DNA of 63,778 nt, filler included, from Welwitschia mirabilis (taxonomy: Eukaryota): NCBI GenBank assembly GCA_051453625.1. It is 4 parts of one record of this genome, joined end to end, with 100 filler letters (N's around TTAATTAATTAA, not from the genome) between each part and the next. Parts side by side here need not be neighbours in the genome. Positions count along the whole stretch, not along the records: positions 28,911 to 58,468 come from JBOZIK010000001.1; positions 58,569 to 61,539 come from JBOZIK010000001.1; positions 61,640 to 63,778 come from JBOZIK010000001.1; 1 more part is not named here. One strand, written 5' to 3'. The notes beneath the pieces are model-generated. The model was not told where the DNA came from. It saw nothing but the letters and a program-made list of their open reading frames with translations, and made no database searches. Numbering within the stretch: the stretch's first letter is position 1; each line of letters begins with the position of its first letter. Below, piece by piece: positions 52,301 to 63,778 of the stretch. Made by a program: the position numbers and the translations under genes.

Positions 52301-52860
52301 AATCACCATTCTTCCTTCATGGAGAAAGCAATATCAAGAGACTGTAGAAAGCAGCAATACTGTAGGCACTATAATGGCTTTTGGTAGCATGCAAGAGAGG
52401 TTTCCACCTAACTTACCTCTCGTCCTCTATTCTAGTCATACCCCCTTTTGTTTAGAATGAGTTATACCCACTAGTTCTTTTGATGTGTTAAACTTCACTG
52501 GTTTAACAAAATAGTGCAACAACAACAATGAGAAGTAAGTTATGATACAAGGGTAACAACAAAATAGTGTAGGCCTGTTGATTTTCTTTGCTGGCCTGCA
52601 ATTTTTTATTCTCTCTTCTTCTTTTCACATCTTAAGAATCAATTTTTTGTTCTTTTATGCTCCATAATTTATAATAACAAGAAAACTCCCTTTTCAGAGA
52701 AAAATAGTACCTAAAGTTCGAATCTAAGTAAAGAATTGCAAATCATAATAGCTTATGATAGTAAATTAAAAGTCATATAACTAATCCTCAGAATGTTTGA
52801 TTTTCTTAAATACAAAACAAGTAAGCTACATTATCAAATCTATGCTGCATGATCCCTTAT

Positions 52861-53026
52861 TGTTGGGCCTTTATCATTATGCCAAAATCTATGACTTAGG
52901 TGGAAACTGGAACCCATTATATTTACCCACTTCTCGGGTTGTGCATGGGAAGCACATATCCAACAAACTAGAACCCTTTANNNNNNNNNNNNNNNNNGGT
53001 TAGGCATGAGGAGCGCATACCCAACA
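52861..53026 (-). mobile_element. TRIM-like miniature LTR element (partial, gapped)
   Basis: A 105-bp unit at 52861-52965 is bounded by TGTTGG...CCAACA. A second partial unit ends at 53026 (GCATGAGGAGCGCATACCCAACA versus GCATGGGAAGCACATATCCAACA). No TSD or PBS visible. Confidence 0.5.
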
Positions 53027-56000
53027 ATCTGAAGGAATGGTGTAAATTCTCTATGGATACCATTTCTGCTGTTTGTATGCATTTTGATTTAAGCATACCA
53101 TACAAAATACACCAAAATATTTGCAATGGTAAATACAGTCAGCAATTCTTATATTCTAATTTCTCGTTTTGGACCTTGTGTTGTTTGCGATGCAGTCCTT
53201 TATTCTTTTAATGTAGTTAGCTCTTCTCTTAAGAATACTCCTCACAATGGAATCTCCCCTATAAAACATTTTATGATGGAATGCTTAAATTAAACTTTGA
53301 AATCTCATGAAATGGGGGAAAAAGGAATTTTAGTGCTACGTAATGAAGATACAAAATTGTTCAAATTCCTATGGATCTATTATCTTATTAATCTTTCCCT
53401 CCATTGATCTCAATACACTTAGTGGATTCTTTATGGAGGATTTGACACTATGTTTTTACTTATTCATAGATTTTTCATTAATCCCCTTTTCTCAATGACT
53501 TTAGAATTCACTCTTGTCTTTCACTTTGATCATTCTTCTATGATCTTGAAACCTATAGAATCATCAAACCATTATCACATTATTTAATTGTATTCTTTGT
53601 AGTAAAGGAATCCCAAATTTAGCATACTAGTAGGGGGGGATAATTAAAACATCTAGTTAATATCACTCCATCATTTATAATATTGTAAAAACTAAAATTA
53701 TTTGAGAGATTCTCAAAAGATTGAAAAAGAGGTTGAAACAAGAATTATTAGTAAGGATACTACAACTATCAATGGCTTTAATAAAAATTTATAATCATAA
53801 TAAGAAAACAAAAACCTTTATTAATTTCAAAAAGAAACTTTTTATAGATATGTATAATTCAAAAAAACAGAAGAAACATTCTAAAGGCAACTATTAATTC
53901 ATTAAAGTTTCTCCTTTTATTCAAAACATTTGTTGATTAATAATCATCATTGTTCTAAGATTTACAATGCTAGTCTCATAGGTTAAAATATAAAGCATGG
54001 AGAGCTTTTCCAATAGCTAGGCACAACTAATGAATGAAAGAAAATAATGGATAACTTCACTAAGATATATAAAATAAACATGAAACCATTTTACTAAAAT
54101 CTTAATGAATCTAAAACCAAAATTTTAGAATTCAAACAAGCTTTAGATTTACTTAAAGAAATTACTGTTATGAAAATAGTAAAGGATCATGAAAGGTAAC
54201 AAAGTTAATAAGCTAATTAACTCAAGCAGTAGTTTAGAAAGCTTTTTCAAAAAATGTATGAAACCAACTAAGAGTCCAAAAATTCATGTAATGTCTTAAC
54301 AAATGTCCAAAAAGCAACAAGGATGTAGAATTTAGACATTAAAAAAGTAAAAGTTTCTCTCCATTTATCTTCCATTGAAACACATATTTATAATGGAAAA
54401 AAATTAGCTACACAACTACAATTAAATGACTATTTTACAAACATAATAACTTAGTGATTATTTAACTAAACAAGGTTATTAAAGATTGTTATAGTTGGTT
54501 AATGGAAGTTATTTTATCATTTTCAAACTTATCAAAACAAAGAAATTTACATTCTTTTAGACTTTTTTGAGCTTTTCTAATAGCTTCATAATGATTAATG
54601 GTTAACTCATTAATGCCATCCCAAATATTTTTTAAATCCTATGGTGGAAGAGTGATAGTATCAAGGGATGAGGCTTCTACACCAAGCATCAGATCTAAAA
54701 AGTTGAGATGTTGCTTTAACACCTCTAATAGTGGGTTTGCATTTTTAATAGCCTCATTTTTTGGGAAAGTTTAAGCGGTGACATTTTCATTAATTTGTTT
54801 TAATGAATAGACCATTCATTTAGCATGATCTATGATTTTACTAATCATAATATTCTTGAAGGCTAAAAGAGATGCTTTTTGTGATAACTTGTATTTCTCA
54901 ATAGTGTTCTCTATCAAATTAAGTTATAAGCCAATGTTAATTATAGAACAATGTAATTGGACAAAGAAGGAAGACAAATTAGTAAGAAAAATCTAGCTAG
55001 TCACCTAAAACCTAGTCAAAAGTAGGATGTAAGGTCATAAGAACTTTGATTTTCTCGTCCTTGTTCTTAGGCTTCTCTTGGACATTGGCCTTACTAAAGT
55101 AAGGAACTACACTAAGTGTCTTATAGATGAAAAATCTAAATCCTGGTAACTAAGGTATTCTCTACGTTAAGCCAATTCCGTATGATTATCTTATACATCT
55201 AAGGTTAATTATTTTAGAACTTTTTCCTACACTTAGAATCAAGGCTGATTACTAGCTTCTAATTGCTCATTTTACTAGAGTTGTAATTTCAAATTATTAA
55301 TGTTAGAATCCTTTAATTTTATGTTACATTTTAATTCCATAACTCTAAAGAAACAACTTAGATATCTTCTTTCTTGGATTCCAAAGTGTTATGTATCCAT
55401 TTCTTAATGGTTTTTTGCTCTGCCTAGGCTAATTAGAATGGATTTCTTATATAAAGTAATGATATTATTAAAGAATTCTCATGAGCTATCAAGCCTCTAT
55501 CTCTTATATCCAAATAAAATTTCTTTTGGAGTCTCATCCTTTTCATGTTTGTTTTGTAAAGCAATCATGCTGGGATCCTTACCAAAAATTTTAGATCCCT
55601 AAGTTATAATCTTAATTAACACCTTATCTAAGTTCATAAGAGGGAGAGGAGGAGGGAATTATATGGTAGGTAGAATCCTTAAATAAAAGGTCCCTTCTTT
55701 TTCTGTATCTAGTGGAAACGTTTCCTACTTCCTCTAAACTACTTTTCGAAACAATCATGAAATATAGGTTTGAACCTTTTTCTTCGAATCTTGTAGCCAT
55801 GAGGGAATTATCCAAAAATGACCATTAGGTCCCATTAATTAGAGTAATTGTCCTTAATTGGTCTCCCTATATATAAGTGTATCTATTTATAGATCAAAAC
55901 TTGTCATATCTATCTCAAATCTGCTGTAAGCTTTTGGGGCATTTGGATCCCAATAGTAGACAATCTTGGTTACCTTTGGTCCTAGTAAAGTATTTGAAGT

Positions 56001-57117
56001 TACAAAATCCTGCTTCTCTCAACTTCAAAGTAATTCCAATAGGCATATTAAATTATCTTATCAATATGTTCATGGTGTGTAAAGTGAGCTTTAGACAATT
56101 TTATCTGATTGCCTGGATTAAAGACTTGTCTAATATCAAATGGATAAAAAAGTGGCTAGTCTTCTTCAAATATTTATCTGCCATACTTATGTCACTGTAA
56201 AACCAACCCCAATGTACAAATCCTAGGCTAGGACCATGAGTCTTTTGATTGCTATGAATTTACCCCTGATATTCAACCATAGACATGACATTTCTCACAT
56301 GCAAAGGTAAGGTGTAACAAATCTGGGCAATGTCTTGAATGAAATTTGACCCTAGCAATATGAGTCATAATGAAATTGATCTAAAAATAGACATTATTGA
56401 AAAACATATTACCTATCTCTAAAAGTTCTAGTGCCATCCTAAGCATTTGGGCATGAAAAATAAGAGAATATAGATATCGGTAAAGTAAATTCATAATAAG
56501 TTCATTTACCTTGTAGGAAAAAACATCCATCATGTGTATTATTGGAAAGATCTCCTAAATTTAGGAAAGATGACCTTAGGAAGGAAGTAATGTGTCAAGG
56601 AAGTTAGGAATATCCTCTAGTATAGTTGAACCCTAAGAGAATAAAATGTGATCCATCAAGCAAGAAGTGAGACCAAACTTGTATTGTGGACGCTACTCAA
56701 AATGCTACTAACCTCTTGAGGAAGTTGGTAGTTTAGGGCATATGTAGAATGGAAGTGCAGTCCATTCTCCATGGTAAACTAGGAACAAGTCATTCAGTTG
56801 TCCATGTAGCTGGTAAGCCATGCAAATAACACATCTTGAAAAGATTCATAGCCTGCCATTTTGGATGTTGTTTTAAATATTTGCCCTAGAAACCCTAAAA
56901 ATTCCATATGTTATCTACAAAAATTTGGAATTTTTTTACGAAAAACTCCTTTGTAATAGTGAGTGTTTTTTCATAATACTTTATTAGCCTCTAAAGGCAG
57001 AGGATTGTTGTAAATCTAATAAGTAACACTTGTAGCCAAACAAACCAGAACCCCAAAAAGTAGAAAAATTAGATTCTACTTTAGATCATACTCACCATTC
57101 TATTATACCCATTTAAC

Positions 57118-57178
57118 AGGGCATACTAGTAGTTCAGAAACTAATTTAATAGGGCATACTAATAGTTCGGAAACTAAT
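57118..57178. repeat. 33-bp direct tandem repeat x2
   Basis: AGGGCATACTAGTAGTTCAGAAACTAAT / AGGGCATACTAATAGTTCGGAAACTAAT. Confidence 0.85.
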
Positions 57179-58567
57179 GGAAGACTAATAAGGAGAACCC
57201 TATTTCTAAGATAAGAACATGAAATCATTCTGTAGTTTCATTTTTTATTGCATTTTTAAATCTTAGAATTAGAAAGCAACGGGGTGTGGACTCTGAAGAA
57301 TCAGAATCAGGAAAATGGACCTTGTGCATTCCTTTGACCTAGTGACACATTTTTGAAAAAGATTCTGGAGCAAAATGTGTCACTAATAGATGATTATTAT
57401 AATCGATGCATTCATGTTAGATCACTAGGTTACACCTTTGAAAGATATTATCTCTAATTTTTACAAGTTAAAGACAAACGTCAAAATGTGAATGAAGATC
57501 TTGGAGGCAAGTGACATTAGGTGAAGTTTAGAATTCCTACATCTTCGAATTTATATGTCCTTAGCTTAAATAAATAGTCTCCTCTTAAATTGATTAAATG
57601 GAAAATAACCCTAATTGATATAATTAACTAAGGTTTCAATTATTTCTACATTCTAATAAGGCTCTATTAAATAGAAAAGCAAAATAGCCACCTCAAAAAA
57701 GTTGTAGATCGGACAATTCAAAATAAATTTCCTTTAAATTATCATGGGCTATGGGCCACAAGAAATAATCTTAGCAAAATTGTATTTAATCCAAAATATC
57801 ATAAGCCACAATCCATGGAAGAATTATTTGAATGTCTTATTACTGCAGGCCATGGAAATTCTTATGTAAAAACTTGGCTGGTGATGAAAGCCTTAGGAAA
57901 TAGGTTGTAAAATTCAGATCACAACATATTGCCGTGAATTGCTAGGAGATAGCCTGATTTTCACTTGATATTTTATAAAATAATATTATGAAAAAAATTG
58001 AATGACAGCCAATGGGAAGGGGCTTTGCGTAAATCTTCATGTGCAAACTACCGCGTGCCATGAACCATAAGAGTGGTTCTATTTTACTTTAAAATTGTTG
58101 TAACTTCGAGAAAGAAAAATCTTGGATCGGATAATAGCACTGACATATCCGAGCCTTTTTGTACTTTTTTAATTTAAAAAATGAATGAGGGACTGATGCA
58201 AGTATTCATAGAGGAGGCCGATGAATTCCTTGGATGACTGATCTTAACTTTCTCCTTTTCATTTTCCTTTATATATATATATAATGAGAAGTTAGTTAAA
58301 AAATCCGAAAAATTATTTTCCTCCTTTAGTCGGAACTTTAGGCGGTTTTCAAAAAAAAATAGCAAAAAATATAATTCCTAGAGTTGATATGAATAGGAAG
58401 GTATAAACCAGTGCTTCCATAGATTCCACCATAATTTGTATAAAGATAGCTTTCGTGCTATTTAATTTNNNNNNNNNNNNNNNNNNNNNNNNNNNNNNNN
58501 NNNNNNNNNNNNTTAATTAATTAANNNNNNNNNNNNNNNNNNNNNNNNNNNNNNNNNNNNNNNNNNN

Positions 58568-58703
58568 NGCTATTTTTCTTAGATTTAGTTTTTACTTGCA
58601 AAGCTAATTAATTTCATTTTAGAATTGTATTTTGGATTTAAAATTATTCATTATTCCTATTCACCCTCCTCCTCTAGGAATTTCAGTTAACTCCACCATA
58701 CGA
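58568..58703 (+). mobile_element. 3' end of a SIRE-type LTR
   Basis: CCTATTCACCCTCCTCCTCTAGG at ~58656-58678 matches the LTR-end motif also seen in the 25558-33369 element. The upstream extent is obscured by a gap. Confidence 0.5.
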
Positions 58704-58964
58704 AAAGTTTTCAGTAGTAAGGAGGACCCTGTGTATGAGAATTAGTTGCACTAACATATTCTTTTATTATAAATTTAATATGAAAAATTATAAAGATCAA
58801 CTTCATTATTTTAAAAAAAAAAAGGATAAAAATGAAGCAATGAAAATTCAAAGATGCATTCATGCTTATTCTAAGATAGTCTAAAATTAAAGTGAGAATT
58901 AGTAAAAATTTGAAAACTTGTTAGTAAATGAATATTCTTTATTATTACATGAATACTCTTTATT

Positions 58965-59139
58965 ACTATCATTAATATTTTTTTAGAGGATAAGACAGGT
59001 AGGTAGGTATGTATGAAACAAATGCCTAATGGAATTTAGACCCATGTAGATTATATACATCTACCAATGAAAGGGTTTAAACTTTATACCTAGTATTTAG
59101 CATGTCTAAGACTTTGTCATGTGGTAATCAATTCTAGAC
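58965..59139 (-). mobile_element. SINE-like element, copy 3 (independent, more diverged insertion)
   Basis: GTAGGTAGGTATGTAT..CCCATGTA..CTACCAATG..GTTTAAACT..TGGTAATCAATTC aligns to copy 1. It has its own TSD-like AATACTCTTTT at ~58952 and ~59140. Confidence 0.65.
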
Positions 59140-59257
59140 AATACTCTTTTTATAATTAGACAAAAGTATAATTGATATTCTCTAGATAATTTCACTTGAT
59201 ATACATCTATATAAAAAAAAATAATAAGAAAAAGAAAACAAAAAAAAGGGGACAATA

Positions 59258-59281
59258 AAGAGAGAGAGAGAGAGAGAGAGA
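59258..59281. repeat. (AG)n microsatellite, ~12 units
   Basis: Directly visible. Confidence 0.9.
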
Positions 59282-59429
59282 TTTAAAGATAACATAATCA
59301 TAATTAATAATGACAATATCATAGGATTTTATTTAATAAAATTTTAATATAATAATAATGGAAAATTGTTTATGATGAAATTTATATATGCTTGTATCTA
59401 TTATTAATGTATAGTAAATAGTAATATTA

Positions 59430-61539
59430 CTCTAGGAATACAAATCTTACATGACTAAATCCAACTTTTACCAATAATACTAGGGTATAGTCCTAGTTTT
59501 ATTCTTTAATATAGATAGTTTAACAAACACTATCAGTAAAATAAGCACACAAATAATGAGTAATAAAGAGTAAAATTAGATAAAAGATCTATGAATGAGA
59601 CATAACATTCAAACTAGCATAATAAATTCATGGAAAAACATAAGTACTAAAGTGAATTCATGTTGCTTTAACTTTTAACTCAAGCACAATGGTATAATAT
59701 CATCCATCAAAAAAATGGGTGCTAATGTAGTTTTATCTCAAGCATAATGGCATAATTTTATCCTTAATAAGCATGAGGGTGATATATCTAAGTAATCTAG
59801 ATTTCACAACAAGAATAAACTAAGCATGAAAAGTAGAAGTATTCCATGATCCATCACATAAATAGTCATATTATACAAGCTAGAATGAAAAGAAGAATCA
59901 CTAAAAAGATCTTAAAATAAAATTATGCCTCAGCCAATCCTCAGCATAACAAGTATAAAACAATAATAATTTGATATTAAAGTAATGCACCATAAACATT
60001 TAAAATTATATAATCTATAAATGTTCTCATGATAAACCAAAAAAAACCATGCTAGCTTAGTAGCTAGCCCATTCTTCTGGGAGACTTAGAAAGAATACAT
60101 GACTAAAGTTACAATCTATTGTATAATGTGACAATGAGATTATGTCCTTCAAATGAAGAAATATAAGGTCCTTATAAGCCATAATTAGGGTTTACAAATA
60201 GGATTCCAAAGTCTTAATGTAATAATTCTTTAGAATGCCCAAAGTATAAGGGATTATGCTTTAGTTATGAATCCAAATTGAGGGTTTCTTGTCAGAAAAT
60301 AATTTTTATTCATCTTATCTTTGTAAAAATGATAAAAATGGATTGCCTGCATTAAGAGAATGTAGGAATAAAAGTATGGTACTATTTTCATCATAGTAAT
60401 TAGCACTACCACTTGTAAAACTAGAACCACTGCTAATAGTACTTGGCATACCTTCATCTTCTTTCACAATCCTCCAGATGATACATTTATATAATAAAAT
60501 AATAACATAAAGGCAAATTAGTAGTAAAACAATATTTTCATGGCCTTAAGTACAATAAATACATAAAATCATCATGATGATTAATTACGCATGCTAATAA
60601 AGCCTTAATTACTTGATGTAAAAATCAATTTTTGTGTGTTATCATACCCTCCAACCACCTATTTGCTAGTTCCTTGGTTTTAAAAAAAAAAAAAAAAAAG
60701 ATGTATTAAAATATTAGGTAACATGATAAAAATTTGGAATAAACTCAATCAAGTATAAAATATGAAGGGTTTTGAAAAAATTTGGCCAATTTATTCAAAA
60801 TTAAACTTGAGCAAAAAAATAAAATACTAAAAGGTAGGTACTTAAGTGTAAATACCTCTCTCTCCAACCAAAGATAAACTTTATCCTTAAAGTTTGAAAA
60901 TGAAAAAGTGAATGTAAACACCATGAGGAATTAATGATGTATGTGTTAATGTAGTCTATAATGAGCTAGAAAGGAAAATTGCTAAAAATAAAGTGTATGA
61001 TGTATGATTAAGATATAAAATATGAAATGCATACTAAGGTAAAGGAAAGACTAAAAATCAAAATAATTATTTGATTATAATGATTTAATATCTAAATCTA
61101 AAAGGTATGAATAAAGAAATAGTTAACAAATGTGTAAAAAGGAAAGAAGAATAATAAATGAATGTGATGATTTTGAAATGGAGGAGTGAATGATGAATCT
61201 GAATTAGTCAATATATGTTAAAAACATAGGAAATGTAATGTAGAATATTTGTGTAAAAAGAAAAACTTTTTTTGCACATTAAGGTGGTATTGCCAGTTAG
61301 GAAAGTCAGTGGCACCAGTTCTATTAAGAATTATGCCTAGAATGTTACATTTTAGTGCCTTAAACTAAATTAAAACATTTACAGTTAACTACCAATTTAG
61401 AATTAAAACTAGATTTATTAAAGTATACATTCATTTTAATTTTTCTTGAGTAAAAAAATCATTATAATAAAGCAAGATTCAATTACAATGCAGCTACAAA
61501 AACTAAAAAGTACAAGTGGATAATGATGAAATAGAGGGA
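59430..61539 (-). mobile_element. Athila-like 3' internal region, PPT and 3' LTR (minus strand, truncated)
   Basis: Minus-strand junction AAGGAACTAGCAAATAGGTGGTTGGAGGGTA|TGATAACACAC, with the LTR starting at 60644. The left boundary is approximate. Confidence 0.55.
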
Positions 61540-61639
61540 NNNNNNNNNNNNNNNNNNNNNNNNNNNNNNNNNNNNNNNNNNNNTTAATTAATTAANNNNN
61601 NNNNNNNNNNNNNNNNNNNNNNNNNNNNNNNNNNNNNNN

Positions 61640-63778
61640 AATATTTTAGATAATGATTACTCCAAATAATAAGTGATCAGACTGACTGAAGATTGACAAA
61701 ACTCCTGTCATCCACCTTATTAGCTGAATGTCATTAACGGATAACATCTCAAACAGGGCGATAATAAGTTCATATGCAGTTGACAAGCAGTTAGACTAGG
61801 AACTAAACAGATATCTAATTATTAACCTTTATCATCTCCTATATCATTTGGATTATCTTAAAGATGATACTGTTCTCTCATACTTTTATCAAACGTTTTT
61901 CTGAGTTGTCAACACTTCTTTGTGACTTTACTTTACATGTCAGCTAGGGTTTTTTCTCTACTTCTTTGTTATTTTTCCTTTTTTTTATCTATAAATAAAG
62001 GTATCCCCCTCAATTCCTAATCATCTTTGATAGTACTTGACGTTCTCATAATAGAAGATCTTGGGACTGGAGAATCATCTTATAATCTAGAAAGATATTA
62101 CCTTGGTATTAGGTGGTATTTCCTCCATTGAGAAATGACTACTTTGTGATATAGATGCCTTTTATGCTTTTAATATGAATTATCTTCTTTTAAGTTTAAT
62201 ATTTGTAGGAACTTATTCCTCCTAGTTTATGTTGTTCAAGATTCATAATAGGTCTTTTTTATTATATAGATTATGAGGGTAACCTTTGTCAAGGTTGAGC
62301 TTGATTAGATTAGGTGCATCGTTATTTCTTTTTATAGATTAGTTTTGCATTGCTATTTCAATTCCATGCATTGGAATTTATTTTAGTAGATTAGAGTTAC
62401 ATATTTCTATCTCAAAATCAACTCTTATATTTTCATACTATTGGCCTTTAATGAAATTATGATATTTGGATTACTTTCGACTATACTAGCATGCCATGTT
62501 TATGTATCTTATTTGTAATTAATAGGATTTAGATCAATGTGTGAACANNNNNNNNNNNNNNNNNNNNNNNNNNNNNNNNNNNNNNNNNNNNNNNNNNNNN
62601 NNNNNNNNNNNNNNNNNNNNNNNNNNNNNNNNNNNNNNNNNNNNNNNGTATCTTATTTGTAATTAATAGGATTTAGATCAATGTGTGAACATCACATAAA
62701 TATGTACCACAACAAATTGGTTTCATTACTAGAATAGGCTGCTTAGAGATCAAGAGTTATTGTTACTTTGGTGGATATTCTAGATGTTTGATTGAGTAGC
62801 AGTGTACCAGTACTCTGTAAGTTTTTTGTTTTAGTTTTTATTTTTACTTCCCTTCGTCATCCAGATGTCATAGTCAGACAACTGTTCCTTTTCTTCTTTC
62901 TCTCTTTTCTGTGGTTCTGTATTTCTGAAATCTATATTATCATCTAGACGATGTACAGGATGATACTTCAAATATGAGATTGAATGGTTAAGATTAAAAA
63001 AGGCAAAAAATATTAGAGAGAGAGAAATAGTTCATTACAAAAAATATCAGAGAACGTTTGCTAAATTTTGAAATTGAAAATCAAAATAGCCCAGGTATAC
63101 AAACTTTAGAATTTCCTAAAATTTTTTATTTTAATTCTGCAGAAGAGTCAGAATCTAATACCATGTCGACCTCTTATCAAAAACAACCTATCTCTTCGAA
63201 TCCACTCCCTGTTATTAGAACCATTACTTCTACTCCTCTTACTACTCTAAGAGATCTCATAGTAAATAAAAGACTTGAAATCCAAAACCCCTTCGACTTA
63301 CCTCCTGGTAATGACGTAGAACTTAAAAACCTAAATGTTACCCTGCCTTTTGAGGAGAAGCTGATGAAGACCCTCTATAACACATCACTGACATTGAACA
63401 ACTCATCCTTACTTCCGGAAATGGTAAAAAGCGAACAACAGATAAAACCTACATGGTCATTTTTCCCATTAAATTACGAGATATGGCTAAACTTTGGCTT
63501 AGAACAATCCCTCATAAAAGCCTTAAATCATGGAGTCAAGTTCAAGAAGCCTTTATAAAAAGATTCATGAATGAGACCACCATCCAAAAATATAAGAAAG
63601 AAGTTACAAACTTCCAACAGTTACCTAATGAGGACTATGCCTTTGTGTATGAATGATTCTTTGTTGCTTTACACTCAAACCCTGTAGACATCTTTTTTGA
63701 GGTAGAATTAATAAACTATTTCTATAGTGGGTTAAACAGTCATACTAAGCAACTTGTAGATTTCTCTTATGGAGGCAA
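61640..63778 (+). mobile_element. 5' part of an Athila-like element related to 35094-43507 (LTR, PBS, gag), running off the window
   Basis: The LTR ends ...ACCACAACA at 62714, followed by AATTGGTTTCATTACTAGAA (same decayed PBS type). TATA-like CTATAAATAAAG at ~61989. Confidence 0.85.
63058..63778 (+). pseudogene. Athila-like gag, frameshifted
   Basis: LIVNKRLEIQNPFDLPPGNDVELKNL and MVIFPIKLRDMAKLWLRTIPHKSLKSWSQVQEAFIKRF closely parallel ORF 41290-41859 (LLDNKKREIQIPFDLRLRNDIELKNL; MVIFPMTLKGRVKLWLKTIP). Confidence 0.88.

Noticed and set aside
52400..52907. 12-bp inverted pair GTTTCCACCTAA / TTAGGTGGAAAC
   Set aside because: Too short, has no TSD, and one arm lies inside the TRIM-like unit; probably chance.
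55877..56200. 107-aa plus-strand ORF and other 60-120 aa ORFs in the track
   Set aside because: No recognisable domains; composition is typical of chance ORFs in AT-rich DNA or of antisense frames of TE remnants.

Overview
AT-rich, CpG-depleted plant-type intergenic DNA from a gapped draft assembly, made mostly of decayed transposable elements. I could not support any intact host protein gene, rRNA, tRNA or CRISPR array. Best-supported structures: (1) a 3.24-kb gag-only Copia-derived LTR element (13618-16861; ~241-bp LTRs, Met PBS, AAGTT TSD). (2) A SIRE/Sirevirus-type Copia element on the minus strand (25558-33369; ~1.35-kb LTRs, GTTAG TSD, gag-protease-integrase and env-like ORF; RT not visible at a gap of unknown size). 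(3) A gag-protease-only Athila-like Gypsy element on the minus strand (35094-43507) whose 3' LTR is 247 bp short yet is still flanked by a perfect ATGAT TSD; a related copy starts at about 61640. (4) A ~2.39-kb tandem duplication (44408-49770) in which each copy has expanded a different microsatellite. (5) Three copies of a tRNA-derived SINE-like element. (6) An inverted pair of retroelement 3' ends (5894-8059) enclosing a gag remnant. I see no evidence for a new enzymatic system; the interesting signals concern retroelement biology and repeat evolution. All homology calls are by eye from motif knowledge, not from database searches.
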